Positions 49,311 through 62,899 of a stretch of DNA of 64,000 bases are shown here, one piece after another; within the stretch, counting starts at the first letter, position 1; each line of letters starts with the position of its first letter. Origin of the DNA: Macrostomum lignano. Lineage: Eukaryota. The notes under the pieces were generated by a model. The model was not told the DNA's origin and did no database searches. It worked only from the letters and a program-made list of their open reading frames with translations. The stretch covers positions 1-64,000 of the forward strand of contig NIVC01000928.1 in NCBI GenBank assembly GCA_002269645.1, in the 5' to 3' direction. The translations under genes and the position numbers were made by a program.

Positions 49311-51308
49311 ATGATGCAACTCAAGCTTTTTACCATGCTCCTGGCAATTCTATGTACTCTTCCAGTCTGCGGCAGCAACCTGTCAGGCGTGTCCGATATG
49401 CACCCGGCTCTCGGCCAGCGGGTTTTCACGATCGTCTGCTACTTGCTTATCTTTCTGGTCGGCCTCATCGGGAACAGCCTGGTGCTGCTGGTCAGCATTC
49501 GCGCTAAGCACTATCGCAGGTCTACCGTGCACGCGTACATCCTGCACCTGGCCGTGGCCGACATGCTGTTCCTCCTGTTCTGCGTGCCCGTGCACACCAT
49601 CGTCTACGTCTTCGACGCCTACTGGCCGCTTGGCGACTTCGGCTGCCGCTTGGTGCACTTCGTGCAGTACCTCAACATGCAGGCGTCCGCCTCCTTTCTC
49701 GTTGCCATGTCGCTCGATCGGTACCTGGCCATCTCCGACCCCATGAGCAACCGACGACGAAGGGCCAATGCTCAGGTGAGAGCTTCAAATGATTAACTCG
49801 TACTCTTTTTTGACTATCAGCTACCTGTGCCATAAATTTAACATTCCGGTGAACTCATCACGTGCGAAGTTATTAATTGTGTCTCTGTGACGCCATCGAA
49901 AAAAATCATCGATAGATTGTTTCCTGTGGCGTCATTTAGACATCGTGGATCGGTTGCATGCTTCTTGTGACGTCAATTGAGACATTGTAGAAGGATGGAT
50001 TTTTCGTGACGTCACGATCGTTTTTGACAAACGATCGTACGTGATGTCACGGAGATCGTTCGTTTTTGTGACGTCATAGAGACATCGTAGATTGATCGTT
50101 TTTGTGACGTCATAGAGACATCGTAGATTGATCGTTTTTGTGACGTCATAGAGACATCGTAGATTGATCGTTTTTGTGACGTCATAGAGACATCGTAGAT
50201 TGATCGTTTTTGGGACGTCATAGAGACATCGTAGATTGATCGTTTTTGTGACGTCATTGAGACATCGTAGATCGATCGTTTCTGTGACGTCATTGAGACA
50301 TCGTCGATCGATTGTCTCACTGCGTCGTTATCGCTTAGTACTCAATTGTCTTAGTCATCAGCCCTTAGAGTGACGTTCTCGATTATCCTTATATCCAGGC
50401 TCATAAAGTTAATTTCCTGAAGTGACGTCACAAATTGGTTTTAAAACGACGTCTTTCAAGTTCTAATCCTTTCGCAGCTTGTAGAATTGAGTCATTTATG
50501 GAAATTAATTTCATTCCAGGCGGTGGCGGCCTCTCTGTGGCTGATATCCGGCCTCATCTCCCTGCCCTGGTTCCTCACCTACCAGCAAGAGACTGCCGGC
50601 GGTGAGAAGATCTGCAGCTACAAAATCATCGACGAACGGCTGAAGCTGACGCTGTTCATTGGCCGGGCCCTGCTGGGCTACGTCATTCCCCTGCTGCTCA
50701 TCGGCTACTTCTCCGGCAGCATGCTGTACCGGCTGTGGATCTTTCGCCGGCCGGAATCCAGCACGCAGACGCTGCGCACCAAACGGAAGGTGACGATCCT
50801 AGTAGTGACCCTGGTGGCCTCCTTCCTGGCCTGCTGGCTGCCGTTCCATTTCGTCGATCTGGCCAGCGTCCTGTTCCCCTGCTTGCTGCTGGGTCAGCCG
50901 CCCGACGCCGACAGCATCTCGATGTACCTGTCCATATCGCAGTGCTGCCTGATCCTCGGCTACGTGAGCTCCTGCGTCAATCCGATCATCTACAACTTCC
51001 TGTCCGAGAATTTCCGTCGCGGATTCCGTCAGGTCCTGTCGCGTCTCTGCCGCAGGCGCGTCCGAAACAGTCAGCAGGTCGCCCTGCCGATGATCCACCT
51101 GGGCGAGGCGCGGCACCAGCGGCTGAACAACACGCTGCGCACGCACCAGCCACCAACCGACAACAACAGCATGAAGAGGAGCAGCAAGGATCGCAGCGGC
51201 AGCAGCAGCGGCACGAAGCGCAATAACAATTTCGGGGGATTCCAGCGAGTGAACTGCAGCACGGTGGGCTCGACTCAGGCCGGGAGCAGTCAGACCCCGA
51301 CACCGTGA
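49311..51308 (+). CDS. Class A neuropeptide GPCR, allatostatin-A/galanin receptor-like; exons 49311-49775 and 50520-51308 (417 aa)
   Basis: TM1 IFLVGLIGNSLV, TM2 LHLAVADMLFLLFCVP, ECL1 WPLGDFGC, TM3 AMSLDRYLAI, TM6 CWLPFH, TM7 SCVNPIIYNFLSENFRRGF. Junction cag|GTGAGA...ttccag|gcg is phase 0. AATAAA at 51397-51402. Confidence 0.92.
49968..50430. promoter_or_regulatory. Intronic 36-nt tandem repeat carrying nine perfect TGACGTCA (CRE) palindromes
   Basis: TGACGTCA at 49968, 50007, 50069, 50105, 50141, 50177, 50249, 50285 and 50423. Regulatory function is inferred only. Confidence 0.45.
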
Positions 51309-52057
51309 GCTGCGGAACGGCGGTGAAATATTGGGAATTCAACACCAGTTTGACTGGCCGTTGTCCGACACTAATTAAAGTTTTGTTTTCGAAAAGAATA
51401 AAAAAATTACATTAGATGTTTTTATGCATGTTGTTTTTCACACCTGATGAGAAGTCAATGAATACTCGAAATACTGTACATGAGTAGATATTTTACTGCA
51501 GTATTCTGCCACTCTCTGTCTCATTTTTGCCATTGTGCTGCATCGAAACGTTTGCGAGTTTCTTTGACCAGAAGCGCTTTTTTGTTCGCAATATAACTTT
51601 TGACCAGTTTACGAGCTAACACTGCGTTTGCGTTGGCACAGATGTTATTTAGATTTTTGACTGTACAAGTAGCTTTTGTCTTGTGCCACTCTGTGTACAA
51701 ACGTCATGTTTGTCAGCTGGTAGAAAAATCGCTAAGATTACTAATTTAGTTTGATGTGAATTGCTGTAATTTCGTGAATTTTTTGTCCTTGTCCCTGTTA
51801 GCTACCACAAATATTATTCACTTTGCGTAGATTTTTATTGAGCAGTCAACGAAAACAATAAGAAACTGCTTGCTTATAAATGTTGTTCGTGTTGCAAAGC
51901 TTTGACGTTTAGAACTGGACAACAGCAAAGTAGCAAAATAAATTTTGTGTCTCCGTTGCGAAATTAAAACGGGAGCTTTGGATCGTGAAAATTGTTGACT
52001 TCTGGAGTATTAATGCCGCTTTGGACTGCCGTTAGTAACTCTTCAGCTAACTAGCTA

Positions 52058-52069
52058 AGAAACTAACTC

Positions 52070-52108
<39 letters not shown>

Positions 52109-52457
52109 CACTAACTCACTAACTAACTCACTAACTAACTAACTCACTGACTAACTAACTAACTCACTAACTCACTAACTAACTAACTAACTAAAAAACT
52201 AACTCACTAACTAACTAACTAACTAACTCACTGACTAACTAACTAACTCACTAACTAACTAACTCACTAACTAACTAACTAACTCACTAACTAACTAACT
52301 CACTGACTAACTAACTAACTAACTAACTCACTAACTAACTAACTAACTAACTAAAAAACTAACTCACTAACTAACTAACTAACTAACTCACTAACTAACT
52401 AACTAACTCACTAACTAACTAACTCACTGACTAACTAACTAACTAACTAACTAACTC

Positions 52458-52490
<33 letters not shown>

Positions 52491-52612
52491 AAAACTAACT
52501 CACTAACTAACTAACTAACTAACTCACTGACTAACTAACTAACTCACTAACTAACTAACTAACTAACTCACTAACTAACTAACTCACTAACTAACTCACA
52601 ACCTCACTAACG
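52058..52612. repeat. (TAAC/TCAC)n tetramer microsatellite
   Basis: Direct reading. Confidence 0.92.
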
Positions 52613-53899
52613 AAATAATTAATCGAATGGCTGCCCAACGAAGTAACTACACAAATAAAAGTAAAAAAACGAAGTACCCAGCTACTTTACTTGTATTGTA
52701 CTTTGTCCTTTTAGTGACCTTAATTCCGGAACCCGCCGGGAAGAGCCCGTGCGCAGTCGTGCAGAAGCGGCACTTAGTGATGCAACTTGTAAGACGTCAA
52801 AGCGAGCTCCGCCCTGTGCTGTGTAAATAGCTGACAAAGCTTTGAATTTTGACACGGGTCAAGCGGAAACAAAGCAGTTCGCCCGAGTGCAACAGACCCA
52901 GCAGGCTAATAAGTAAGTGACTGAATTGTGGGGAAAATTTCGGAAATTGTTTCGGAAGCCACATGGAGAACGGCAGCTACACAAGTCCATGGGGAGAAGG
53001 ACACAAGTCCGGGACAGGATTAACACTAGTGCAGCATTAGCCGCAGCAACAATAACAAAACAAGCTAATCAGGATTAACAGAGAAATAACAAGTCCAGAC
53101 GAGTGCCGTGCAGGTGAATGCACACCTGCGGCTGAGCCAGACAAGCGTGTCTACATGGGAGATACCGAACTCCCCATGAGAATAATGATAAGATAATTAG
53201 AGATTCTTTATACAGAATTCTGTATTAGGTCGAGTCCAACAATAAGTTGAGACCTTTCTTAGAAAGCCGATCTACAGATAATTCTCAGAAAATTATTCAG
53301 AGATGCTTTTTTAAAGTAAGAAAACTTAAAGACGATTCTTAGAAAGTTGAAGTTGTAGAAATGATTCTAGCTCGTATAAAGTCTGTTTTGGAGCATTAGA
53401 AAATGATTCTTAGAAAGCAAACCCATATAGAAGTTTCTTAGAAAGTAAACTTAAAAATAATTCCTAGGCGACTATGACAAGCCATTTTCAGGTTGTCGAC
53501 ATGATTCTTAGAAATCAATTTACAATTTACAAACTTGAAGGCTAAAGGCAGTTAGTTCTACAGGAAAGGATTCTAAGAATCAAACAAAAGTCTCCATTTC
53601 AACCATTACGAACGAGAGCTAAAGAAGCCTTTCGACCAGATATTTAAAAGCAAATTTCTGAGAAAATCAAAGCGATTTAGTTTCAAACAATCGGATCTGA
53701 ACCTCTTCGCTGAAAATAAAAAATCCTGGAAAAGAAATCGAATACTGCTGAAACGGCACGGGTCTTACGAGCCAAAAACACAATCAAAGCATCCCCACTG
53801 ACCACAGTTCCTGATTATAAATAAAATCAAAATGACGCAGTCAGCAATGGTCTGCACTGGCTTGATGCATGAGACCGGTTCACTGGTGCTTAATGGCGC

Positions 53900-55548
53900 A
53901 GAAATGCGGCGCCAGATCACTAACCTACAACCTAGCTACAGCGCCAGTTCACTAAACTACAACCTAGCTCCGGCGCCAGATCACTAAACTACAATTTAGC
54001 TCCGGCGCCAGATCACTAAACTACAACCTAGCTCCGGCGCCAGATCACTAAACTACAACCTAGCTCCGGCGCCAGATCACTAAACTACAACCTAGCTCCG
54101 GCGCCAGATCACTAAACTACAAACTGCGGCGCCAGATCACTAAACTACAACCTAGCTGCGGCGCCACATCACTAAACTACAACCTAGCTCCGGCGCCACA
54201 TCACTAAACTACAACCTAGCTGCGGCGCCAGATCACTAAACTACAACCTAGCTCCGGCGCCAGATCACTAAACTACAACCTAGCTCCGGCGCCAGATCAC
54301 TAAAATACAACCTAGCTCCGGCGCCAGATCACTAAACTACAACCTAGCTACAGCGCCAGTTCACAACAGCTCCGGCGCCATATCACTAAACTTCAACCTA
54401 GCTACAGCGCCAGTTCACAACAGCTCCGGCGCCATATCACTAAACTTCAACCTAGCTACAGCGCCAGTTCACAACAGCTCCGGCGCCATATCACTAAACT
54501 TCAACCTAGCTACAGCGCCAGTTCACAACAGCTCCGGCGCCAGATCACTAAAATTCAACCTAGCTCCGGCGCCAGATCACTAAAATACAACCTAGCTACA
54601 GCGCCAGTTCACAACAGCTCCGGCGCCATATCACTAAACTTCAACCTAGCTACAGCGCCAGTTCACAACAGCTCCGGCGCCATATCACTAAACTTCAACC
54701 TAGCTACAGCGCCAGTTCACAACAGCTCCGGCGCCAGATCACTAAAATACAACCTAGCTACAGCGCCAGTTCACAACAGCTCCGGCGCCAGATCACTAAA
54801 CTATAACCTAGCTACAGCGCCAGTTCACAACAGCTCCGGCGCCAGATCACTAAACTACAACCTAGCTACAGCGCCAGTTCACAACAGCTCCGGCGCCAGA
54901 TCACTAAACTACAACCTAGCTCCGGCGCCAGATCACTAAACTACAACCTAGCTCCAGCGCCAGATCACTAAACTACAACCTAGCTACAGCGCCAGTTCAC
55001 AACAGCTCCGGCGCCAGATCACTAAACTATAACCTAGCTACAGCGCCAGTTCACAACAGCTCCGGCGCCAGATCACTAAAATACAACCTAGCTCCGGCGC
55101 CAGATCACTAAACTACAACCTAGCTACAGCGCCAGTTCACAACAGCTCCGGCGCCATATCACTAAACTTCAACCTAGCTACAGCGCCAGTTCACAACAGC
55201 TCCGGCGCCATATCACTAAACTTCAACCTAGCTACAGCGCCAGTTCACAACAGCTCCGGCGCCAGATCACTAAAATTCAACCTAGCTCCGGCGCCAGATC
55301 ACTAAAATACAACCTAGCTCCAGCGCCAGATCACTAAACTACAACCTAGCTACAGCGCCAGTTCACAACAGCTCCGGCGCCAGATCACTAAACTATAACC
55401 TAGCTACAGCGCCAGTTCACAACAGCTCCGGCGCCAGATCACTAAACTACAACCTAGCTACAGCGCCAGTTCACAACAGCTCCGGCGCCAGATCACTTAA
55501 CTAGAAACTAGCTCCGGCGCCAGATCACTAAACTACAACCTGCGGCGC
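53900..55548. repeat. 32-nt minisatellite (gctccggcgccagatcactaaactacaaccta)n with a ~54-nt composite variant
   Basis: Direct reading. Confidence 0.9.
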
Positions 55549-56044
55549 CTAAGTGAGTGCTTCGTTCGAGCGGATCTCAAAACTTTTAGCGTACGACTAC
55601 AGCTTTGCATTCAGTTTTTGTTATTAAAGACTGCGGCCCCACAGCAAGGTAAAGCTCTGTGTTTTACGAGTACTAAGGATAAGGAAGCATACACTGTCAT
55701 TAACTGCAAGACCTATAGCTGCTGTAGATGCATAGGCCAGATATCGTCTATCCGGCAATTACCTCAGCAGCTAGCATGCGTCTCATCCAGCTCTGAAGTC
55801 AAACCAGCTTACTATAGCAGACAGCAAGCACATGAGTTCTGTAGCCTATTAATCTTATTTTTCATTCTTGCACACGAGAATTGATTTCAGTCTGTCTTTA
55901 CAGGATTACTTGTATTCCTATTACGGAATTAAAAGTGCTTACGATGGCTATAAGCTGCTAGAGGAATGTCAGAGATCTTTGACTTGAAAATGACTCCCTG
56001 CGTGTCAGAGCTATTATCAGGGATTCTGTTATATTATGCAGAGG

Positions 56045-59000
56045 ATAGAGGGCCATTCTGCAAGTGAATACAGACTGATTTTCCATGTGGATAGATGGCC
56101 ATTCTGCATGTGAATACAGACTGATTTTCCATGTGGATAGATGGCCATTCTGCAAGTGAATACAGACTGATTTTCCATGTGGATAGATGGCCATTCTGCA
56201 TGTGGATAGATGGCCATTCTGCATGTGGATAGATGGCCATTCTGCATGTGGATAGATGGCCATTCTGCATGTGGATAGATGGCCATTCTGCATGTGGATA
56301 GATGGCCATTCTGCATGTGGATAGATGGCCATTCTGCATGTGGATAGAAGGCCATTCTGCATGTGGATAGATGGCCATTCTGCATGTGGATAGAAGGCCA
56401 TTCTGCATGTGGATAGATGGCCATTCTGCATGTGGATAGAAGGCCATTCTGCATGTGGATAGATGGCCATTCTGCATGTGGATAGAAGGCCATTCTGCAT
56501 GTGGATAGATGGCCATTCATCATGTGGATAGATGGCCATTCTGCATGTGAATAGAAGGCCATTCTGCATGTGGATAGAAGGCCATTCTGCATGTGGATAG
56601 ATGGCCATTCTGCATGTGGATAGATGGCCATTCTCCATGTGGATAGATGGCCATTCTGCATGTGGATAGAAGGCCATTCTGCATGTGGATAGATGGCCAT
56701 TCTGCATGTGGATAGAAGGCCATTCTGCATGTGGATAGAAGGCCATTCTGCATGTGGATATATGGCCATTCTGCATGTGGATAGATGGCCATTCTACATG
56801 TGGATAGAAGGCCATTCTGCATGTGGATAGATGGCCATTCTGCATGTGGATAGAGGGCCACTCTGAATGTGACAAATTCTTGATGTATGTTCATGTGGAT
56901 ACCTCGTACTGCAGTTACGAGGTAAAGCCTAATTATCAGGTGAAAGCCTGCGGCAACCCCACACCAGCAATTCTTGGCGGCATTCTAAATGGAATTGACC
57001 CCACAAGCACTGCAATTATAATTCTTGACAGGCATTTGGGCACTTTACAGGCAATTAAATTTGCAGACTATAGAATTGAGGTAAAGAACATCTGGGTGAA
57101 CTTCAGTGGGAAACAATGCACCTTGACAGGTAACAAAGATGGCAGGAAGGATCCTGGATGCTACACAATGGATCCACATCCAGGGGCTATTATTTTTAAT
57201 AGTGACGTGAGTCGGAAGTCGGTAGATTTTTTTAAACTGCAGACCCAATCCCTTTCATTGGCTCCTTTGTACTTAGCTGAACTTTGTACCCACCCGATAA
57301 CCGCCAAACAAAGTAGAGTTTCAGGCCTTTGAAGTGTGGTGAGTGAGTCAATCTGAGATCTGCTGGCTGTCCAGCTAACAGGGCATTTTCGTAATTAACT
57401 GCATGGGACGGCCTTGCGATTACGATAGTGATGACGTAAGCCATGCTCAGTGACTAGGCTTAAAGAGCTATCGAATACATTTTCTAGACTCGATTACTGA
57501 AGAGAGCCACGTGGACTCTCCATGTGGATAGAAGGCCATTCTGTATGTGGATAGAGGGCCACTCTGAATGTGACAAATTCTTGATGTGGGTTCATGTGGA
57601 TACCTCGTACTGCAGTTACGAGGTAAAGCCTAATTATCATGTGAAAGCCTGCGGCAACCCCACACCATTCTGTATGTGGATAGAAGGCCATTCTGCATGT
57701 GGATAGAAGGCCATTCTGCATGTGGATAGAAGGCCATTCTGCATGTGGATAGAAGGCCATTTTGTATGTGGATAGAAGGCCATTCTGCATGTGGATAGAA
57801 GGCCATTTTGTATGTGGATAGAGGGCCATTCTGTATGTAAATAGAGGGCCATTCTCCATGTGGATAGAGGGCCATTCTGTATGTGGATAGAGGGCCATTC
57901 TGCATGTGGATAGAGGGCCATTCTGCATGTGGATAGAGGGCCATTCTGCAAGTGGATAGAGGGTTATTCTGCATGTGGATAGAAGGCCATTATCCATGTG
58001 GATAGAAGGCCATTTTGTATGTGGATAGAGGGCCATTCTGTATGTGGATAGAGGGCCATTCCGCATGTGGATAGAGGGCCATTCTGCAAGTGGATAGAGG
58101 GTTATTCTGTATGTAAATAGAGGGCCATTCTCCATGTGGATAGAGGGCCATTCTGCAAGTGGATAGAGGGCCATTCTGCATGTGGATAGAGGGCCATTCT
58201 GCATGTGGATAGAGGGCCATTCTGCATGTGGATAGAGGGCCATTCTGCATGTGGATAGAGGGCCATTCCGCATGTGGATAGAAGGCCATTCTGTATGTAA
58301 ATAGAGGGCCATTCTCCATGTGGATAGAAGGCCATTCTGCATGTGGATAGAGGGCCATTCTGCATGTGGATAGAGGGCCATTCTGAATGTGGATAGAGGG
58401 CCATTCTGCAAGTGGATAGAGGGTTATTCTGCATGTGGATAGAAGGCCATTATCCATGTGGATAGAGGGCCATTCTGCATGTGGATAGAGGGCCATTATC
58501 CATGTGGATAGAGGGCCATTATCCATGTGGATAGAGGGCCATTCTGCATGTGGATAGAGGGCCATTATCCATGTGGATAGAGGGCCATTCTGCATGTGGA
58601 TAGAGGGCCATTCTGCATGTGGATAGAGGGCCATTTTGCATGTGGATAGAGATAGAGGGCCATTATCCGCGTGGATTAAGGGCCATTATCCGCGTGGATT
58701 AAGGGCCATTATCCGCGTGGATTAAGGGCCATTATCCATGTGGATAGAGGGACATTATCCATGTAGATAGAAGGCCATACTGTATGTGGATAGAGGGCCA
58801 TTTTGCATGTGGATAGAAGACCATTCTCCGTGTGGATAGAGGGCCATTCTGCATGTGGATAGAGGGCCATTTTGCATGTGGATAGAGATAGAGGGCCATT
58901 ATCCGCGTGGATTAAGGGCCATTATCCGCGTGGATTAAGGGCCATTATCCGCGTGGATTAAGGGCCATTATCCATGTGGATAGAGGGACATTATCCATGT

Positions 59001-59102
59001 AGATAGAAGGCCATACTGTATGTGGATAGAGGGCCATTTTGCATGTGGATAGAAGACCATTCTCCGTGTGGATAGAGGGCCATTATCCATGTGGATAGAG
59101 GG
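56045..59102. repeat. 23-nt minisatellite (atgtggatagagggccattctgc)n interrupted by unique islands at ~56865-57510 and ~57565-57665
   Basis: Direct reading. Confidence 0.9.
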
Positions 59103-59424
59103 CGATAAATCACCGCAGTTAATACTGCTTCAGCAACAAGACTAACAAAAGCAATTAAGGTCATATTCTGAGAAACAAATTTAAAAAACAGGCAGAATGA
59201 TGAAGCAGCATAACCATCTGGCAGCTCAGATATTCTTCATAAATCACTGAATATTTTGTATTTCAATAACAGCTAGAAAAGCGAACTTGATTAAAACTTA
59301 AACATAACTATACAGACGCTCTTTGGCTGGGCAGTCGGAATTGAGCAGCGAATGTAACTGAATGAATAATTATTGATAAAATTTCCATTCTACAGCAGCT
59401 TCCATTAGACTCATCTAAAGAGAT

Positions 59425-60312
59425 TGAATGGCGACTCTCATAGAGATTGTAGGGCGATTCTCATAGAGATTGTAGGGCGACTCTCATAGAGATTGTAGGG
59501 CGACTCTCATAGAGATTGTAGGGCGATTCTCATAGAGATTGTAGGGCGACTCTCATAGAGATTGTAGGGCGATTCTCATAGAGATTGTAGGGCGATTCTC
59601 ATAGAGATTGTAGGGCGACTCTCATAGAGATTGTAGGGCGACTCTCATAGAGATTGTAGGGCGATTCTCATAGAGATTGTAGGGCGATTCTCATAGAGAT
59701 TGTAGGGCGACTCTCATAGAGATTGTAGGGCGATTCTCATAGAGATTGTAGGGCGATTCTCATAGAGATTGTAGGGCGACTCTCATAGAGATTGTAGGGC
59801 GATTCTCATAGAGATTGTAGGGCGATTCTCATAGAGATTTTAGGGCGACTCTCATAGAGATTGTTGGGCGACTCTCATAGAGATTGTATGGCGATTCTCA
59901 TAGAGATTGTAGGGCGACTCTCATAAAGATTGTAGGGCGACTCTCATAGAGATTGTAGGGCGATTCTCATAGGGATTGTAGGCCGATTCTCATAGAGATT
60001 GTAGGGCGATTCTCATAGGGATTGTTGGGCGATTCTCATAGAGATTGTAGGGCGATTCTCATAGAGATTGTAGGGCGACTCTCATAGAGATTGTAGGGCG
60101 ATTCTCATAGAGATTGTTGGGCGACTCTCATAGAGATTTCAGGGTGATTCTCATAGAGATTTCAGGGTGATTCTCATAGAGATTGTAGGGCGACTCTCAT
60201 AGAGATTTCAGGGGGATTCTCATAGAGATTGTAGGGCGATTCTCATAGAGATTGTAGGGCGATTCTCATAGAGATTGCAGGGTGATTCTCATAGAGACTG
60301 CAGGGCGATTTT
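59425..60312. repeat. 23-nt minisatellite (ctcatagagattgtagggcgatt)n
   Basis: Direct reading. Confidence 0.92.
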
Positions 60313-60406
60313 CTCGATTCAGCAAGACTTGAGTGAAAGCAGTTATCAAACCGAATCATAAAAACCAGCAATAAGTCAGCCTAAAAACCGGGTAAAAGCA
60401 GATCAA

Positions 60407-62818
60407 TCACAAAGTGAACTCCTGCAGCTCCCACGGCTTGGCCGCCCACAGGCCTTTGCCATTCTGCCGCAGAAAGCCAATCATGGCCGACTTCGCCGAT
60501 CGGTATTCTGTGCAAGCCTCCTTGGCCTCGCGATAGGTGATGCCGGATGACCCGGTCTTTGGCACCGGGGGCAGCCTCAGCTGCTGCTGGGGCCTCCTGC
60601 TCTGAGCCTGGTGCTGCCGCCTTAGCAGGTGCACCAGCCTGGCATAGTTGGCAAACAGGGCTCGCTTAGACAGTCGCGACGCATTGCTGCCGCCACTGTC
60701 CGAGGCATCAGTGACAGTTTCGGGCACCAGCCGGCCAGTGGACGAGTTCACCAACTCGGGCTGGACACCGTCCAGGCAGTACCAGTTCAGCGAGCAGTCT
60801 GGCGCGGCCCGGGCCTGCCGGGGGTCCCGCTCGGTGACGCCCAGCAGAGCCGGCTCGGCCACGGGCAGGCCCGGGGCCGGCCGCTGCAGCCGGCCAATCA
60901 GAGCGCGCCGGCAGTGCGACCGGTTGAACGACGAGCCAATCACAATCGAGCGAAGGTACACCGGCTCAACTAGGCGGCTAAGCAGGCAGCCTTGAAGTCC
61001 GAGAAGGCACCATGAGGCCACCTTGTCCGAGCAGGACATTGTGAGCAGCCGTTCGCCGCCGAGGATGCCGTCCCAGGTCTGCGCGACCAGGGTGGCGGGC
61101 ACCGGGATGGTGCCTTCGCCGCACTCGATCTTGGTGCGCAACAGGCCGCGCGACGCTCTGGTCGGGTGCTCGTCCTCGTTGGCCGCTTCGGTGGCGTCGC
61201 CAGAAGCGTCGGCCGCGGCGCCGGGGTCCGTGGGCGCGAAGACTCGGGCGTCGCCGCAGGGCGAAGTGCTGATGTACAGGTGCAGGGACACCTCGGGTCG
61301 TAGGCTTTAGAGGCGACAAATGGGGAGATTATAAGCATTTCTGAAACTTTATTGTAAGGGTTTGATTGCCCTTAACGCAATTTGATTGCGTTTGGTTGCT
61401 ACTGTATTCAATAGGGTTGCCAGTGTGTATTGAATAGGGTTGCCAGTGTGTATTGAATAGGGCTGCCACCATTCATCAGGTGTCAGGTGTCAGGTAGTTT
61501 GCTCATACCTGACAGTTCACAGTGGATTCCTACAGCCAGGTAAACAGCTACCTTGCAACCATTCAGACGCATGTTACACAACCGCACATTTGATCTGTCA
61601 CCCGAGAACTGAGCAAGCAGCAAAATGTTTTAAAGTATGAATTTGATGGAAAAGCTGTCTCTGCATTATAAGTTGTATATATTTCTACACTGCATTGTTA
61701 TAGTCGCGTACAGGGCTGTTTTCTTGACAAGCATTCTGGCATGTCTGAGTAATCTGTGAGTCTAATGAGAGTCAAAGCGGGTAACCTCTGAATCTCATGA
61801 GAGTAAAATCGGGTAACATCTGAGTCTCATGACAGTCAAAGCGGGTAATCTCTGAGTCTTATGAAAGTCAAATTGGGTAATCTCTGGGTCTCATTGGAGT
61901 CAAATTGGGTAATCTCTGAGTCTCATGAGAGTCAAGGCGGGTAGCCTCTGAGTCTCATGAGAGCCAAAGCGGGTAATCTCTGAGTCTTATGAAAGTCAAA
62001 TTGGGTAATCTCTGAGTCTCATTGGAGTCAAATTGGGTAATCTCTGAGTCGCATGGGAGTCAAGGCGGGTAGCCTCAGAGTCGCATGAGAGTCAAGGTGG
62101 GTAGGGTAGCCTCAGTCTCATGAGAGTCAAGGCGGGTAACCTCTGAGTCTAATGAGAGTCAAAGTGGGTAACATCTGAGTCTCATGAGAGTCAAATCGGG
62201 TAACATCTGAGTCTCATGAGAGTCAAGGCGGTTAACCTCAAGAGTCTCTGAGAGTCAAAGCGGGTAACCTCTGAGTCTCATGAGAGTCAAAGCGGGTAAC
62301 CTCTGAGTCTCATGAGAGTCAAAGCGGGTAACCTCTGAGTCTCATGAGAGTCAAGGCGGGTAACTCCTCAGTATGGAAGCGGCAACCCCCCATTTTCTAA
62401 GAAACTGCTCTCGCTCACCAAAACTTGGAACCGTTGGTCGCCAGTTGAAAAATGGATTCGGAGTTGCTCTTGATGGCGGTGGCCAGCTGGTGATGAAAAA
62501 ATCGCAGCAGGCATCTCCGGCTGAGAATCTCGGCGTGACAGTCGAGGAGGCAGGAACCGCTGGCGTCCAGGTGCTGGCCGGAGAGGCACTTGGTCCCGGT
62601 GGTCACGCACACGACGGTCAGGTCTGCGCTGGGGTCCAGGTCGGGTCCGCGGCTCATGACGATGCCGGCCAGGACTTTGCGGCGGGCCAGGCGCTCCGGC
62701 AGGCCGGAGGCGAGCTGCTCAAACTGGTCTCGAACCAGGCGCTGCACCGAGTCGGCGAACGACTGCTCGGTCGGGGTGGCGGCCGGCGCTTGGCAGGGCG
62801 AGGCCGAGTCGCCGCTGC
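60407..62818 (-). CDS. ADAR: Double-stranded RNA adenosine deaminase, ADAR2-like: deaminase-domain exons 62818-62419 and 61304-60407; 5' exons (dsRBMs) outside the window
   Basis: RRKVLAGIVM, VTTGTKC, DCHAEILSRR (Zn His / catalytic Glu), LHLYISTSPCGD, RTKIECGEGTIP, TMSCSDK, LSKRALF, YREAK, WAAKP. Phase-2 junction ttt tg|GTGAGC...aag|c cta. TGTKC and TKIE are ADAR2-type rather than ADAR1-type. Confidence 0.92.
61760..62366. repeat. 32-nt minisatellite (gagtctcatgagagtcaaagcgggtaacctct)n in ADAR intron
   Basis: Direct reading. Confidence 0.88.
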
Positions 62819-62899
62819 CTGTGAATATTGGCGACGGCGAGAATGAGGATTGAGGCGATTGACTGACCGAGTTGTACGAGGGGGAGTGCGGGTTTTAAA

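Noticed and set aside
51444-51510. Hammerhead-like core ctgatga…gaaa in the GPCR 3' region
   Set aside because: Stem II needs a bulge and no stem I partner can be formed in either type I or type III topology.
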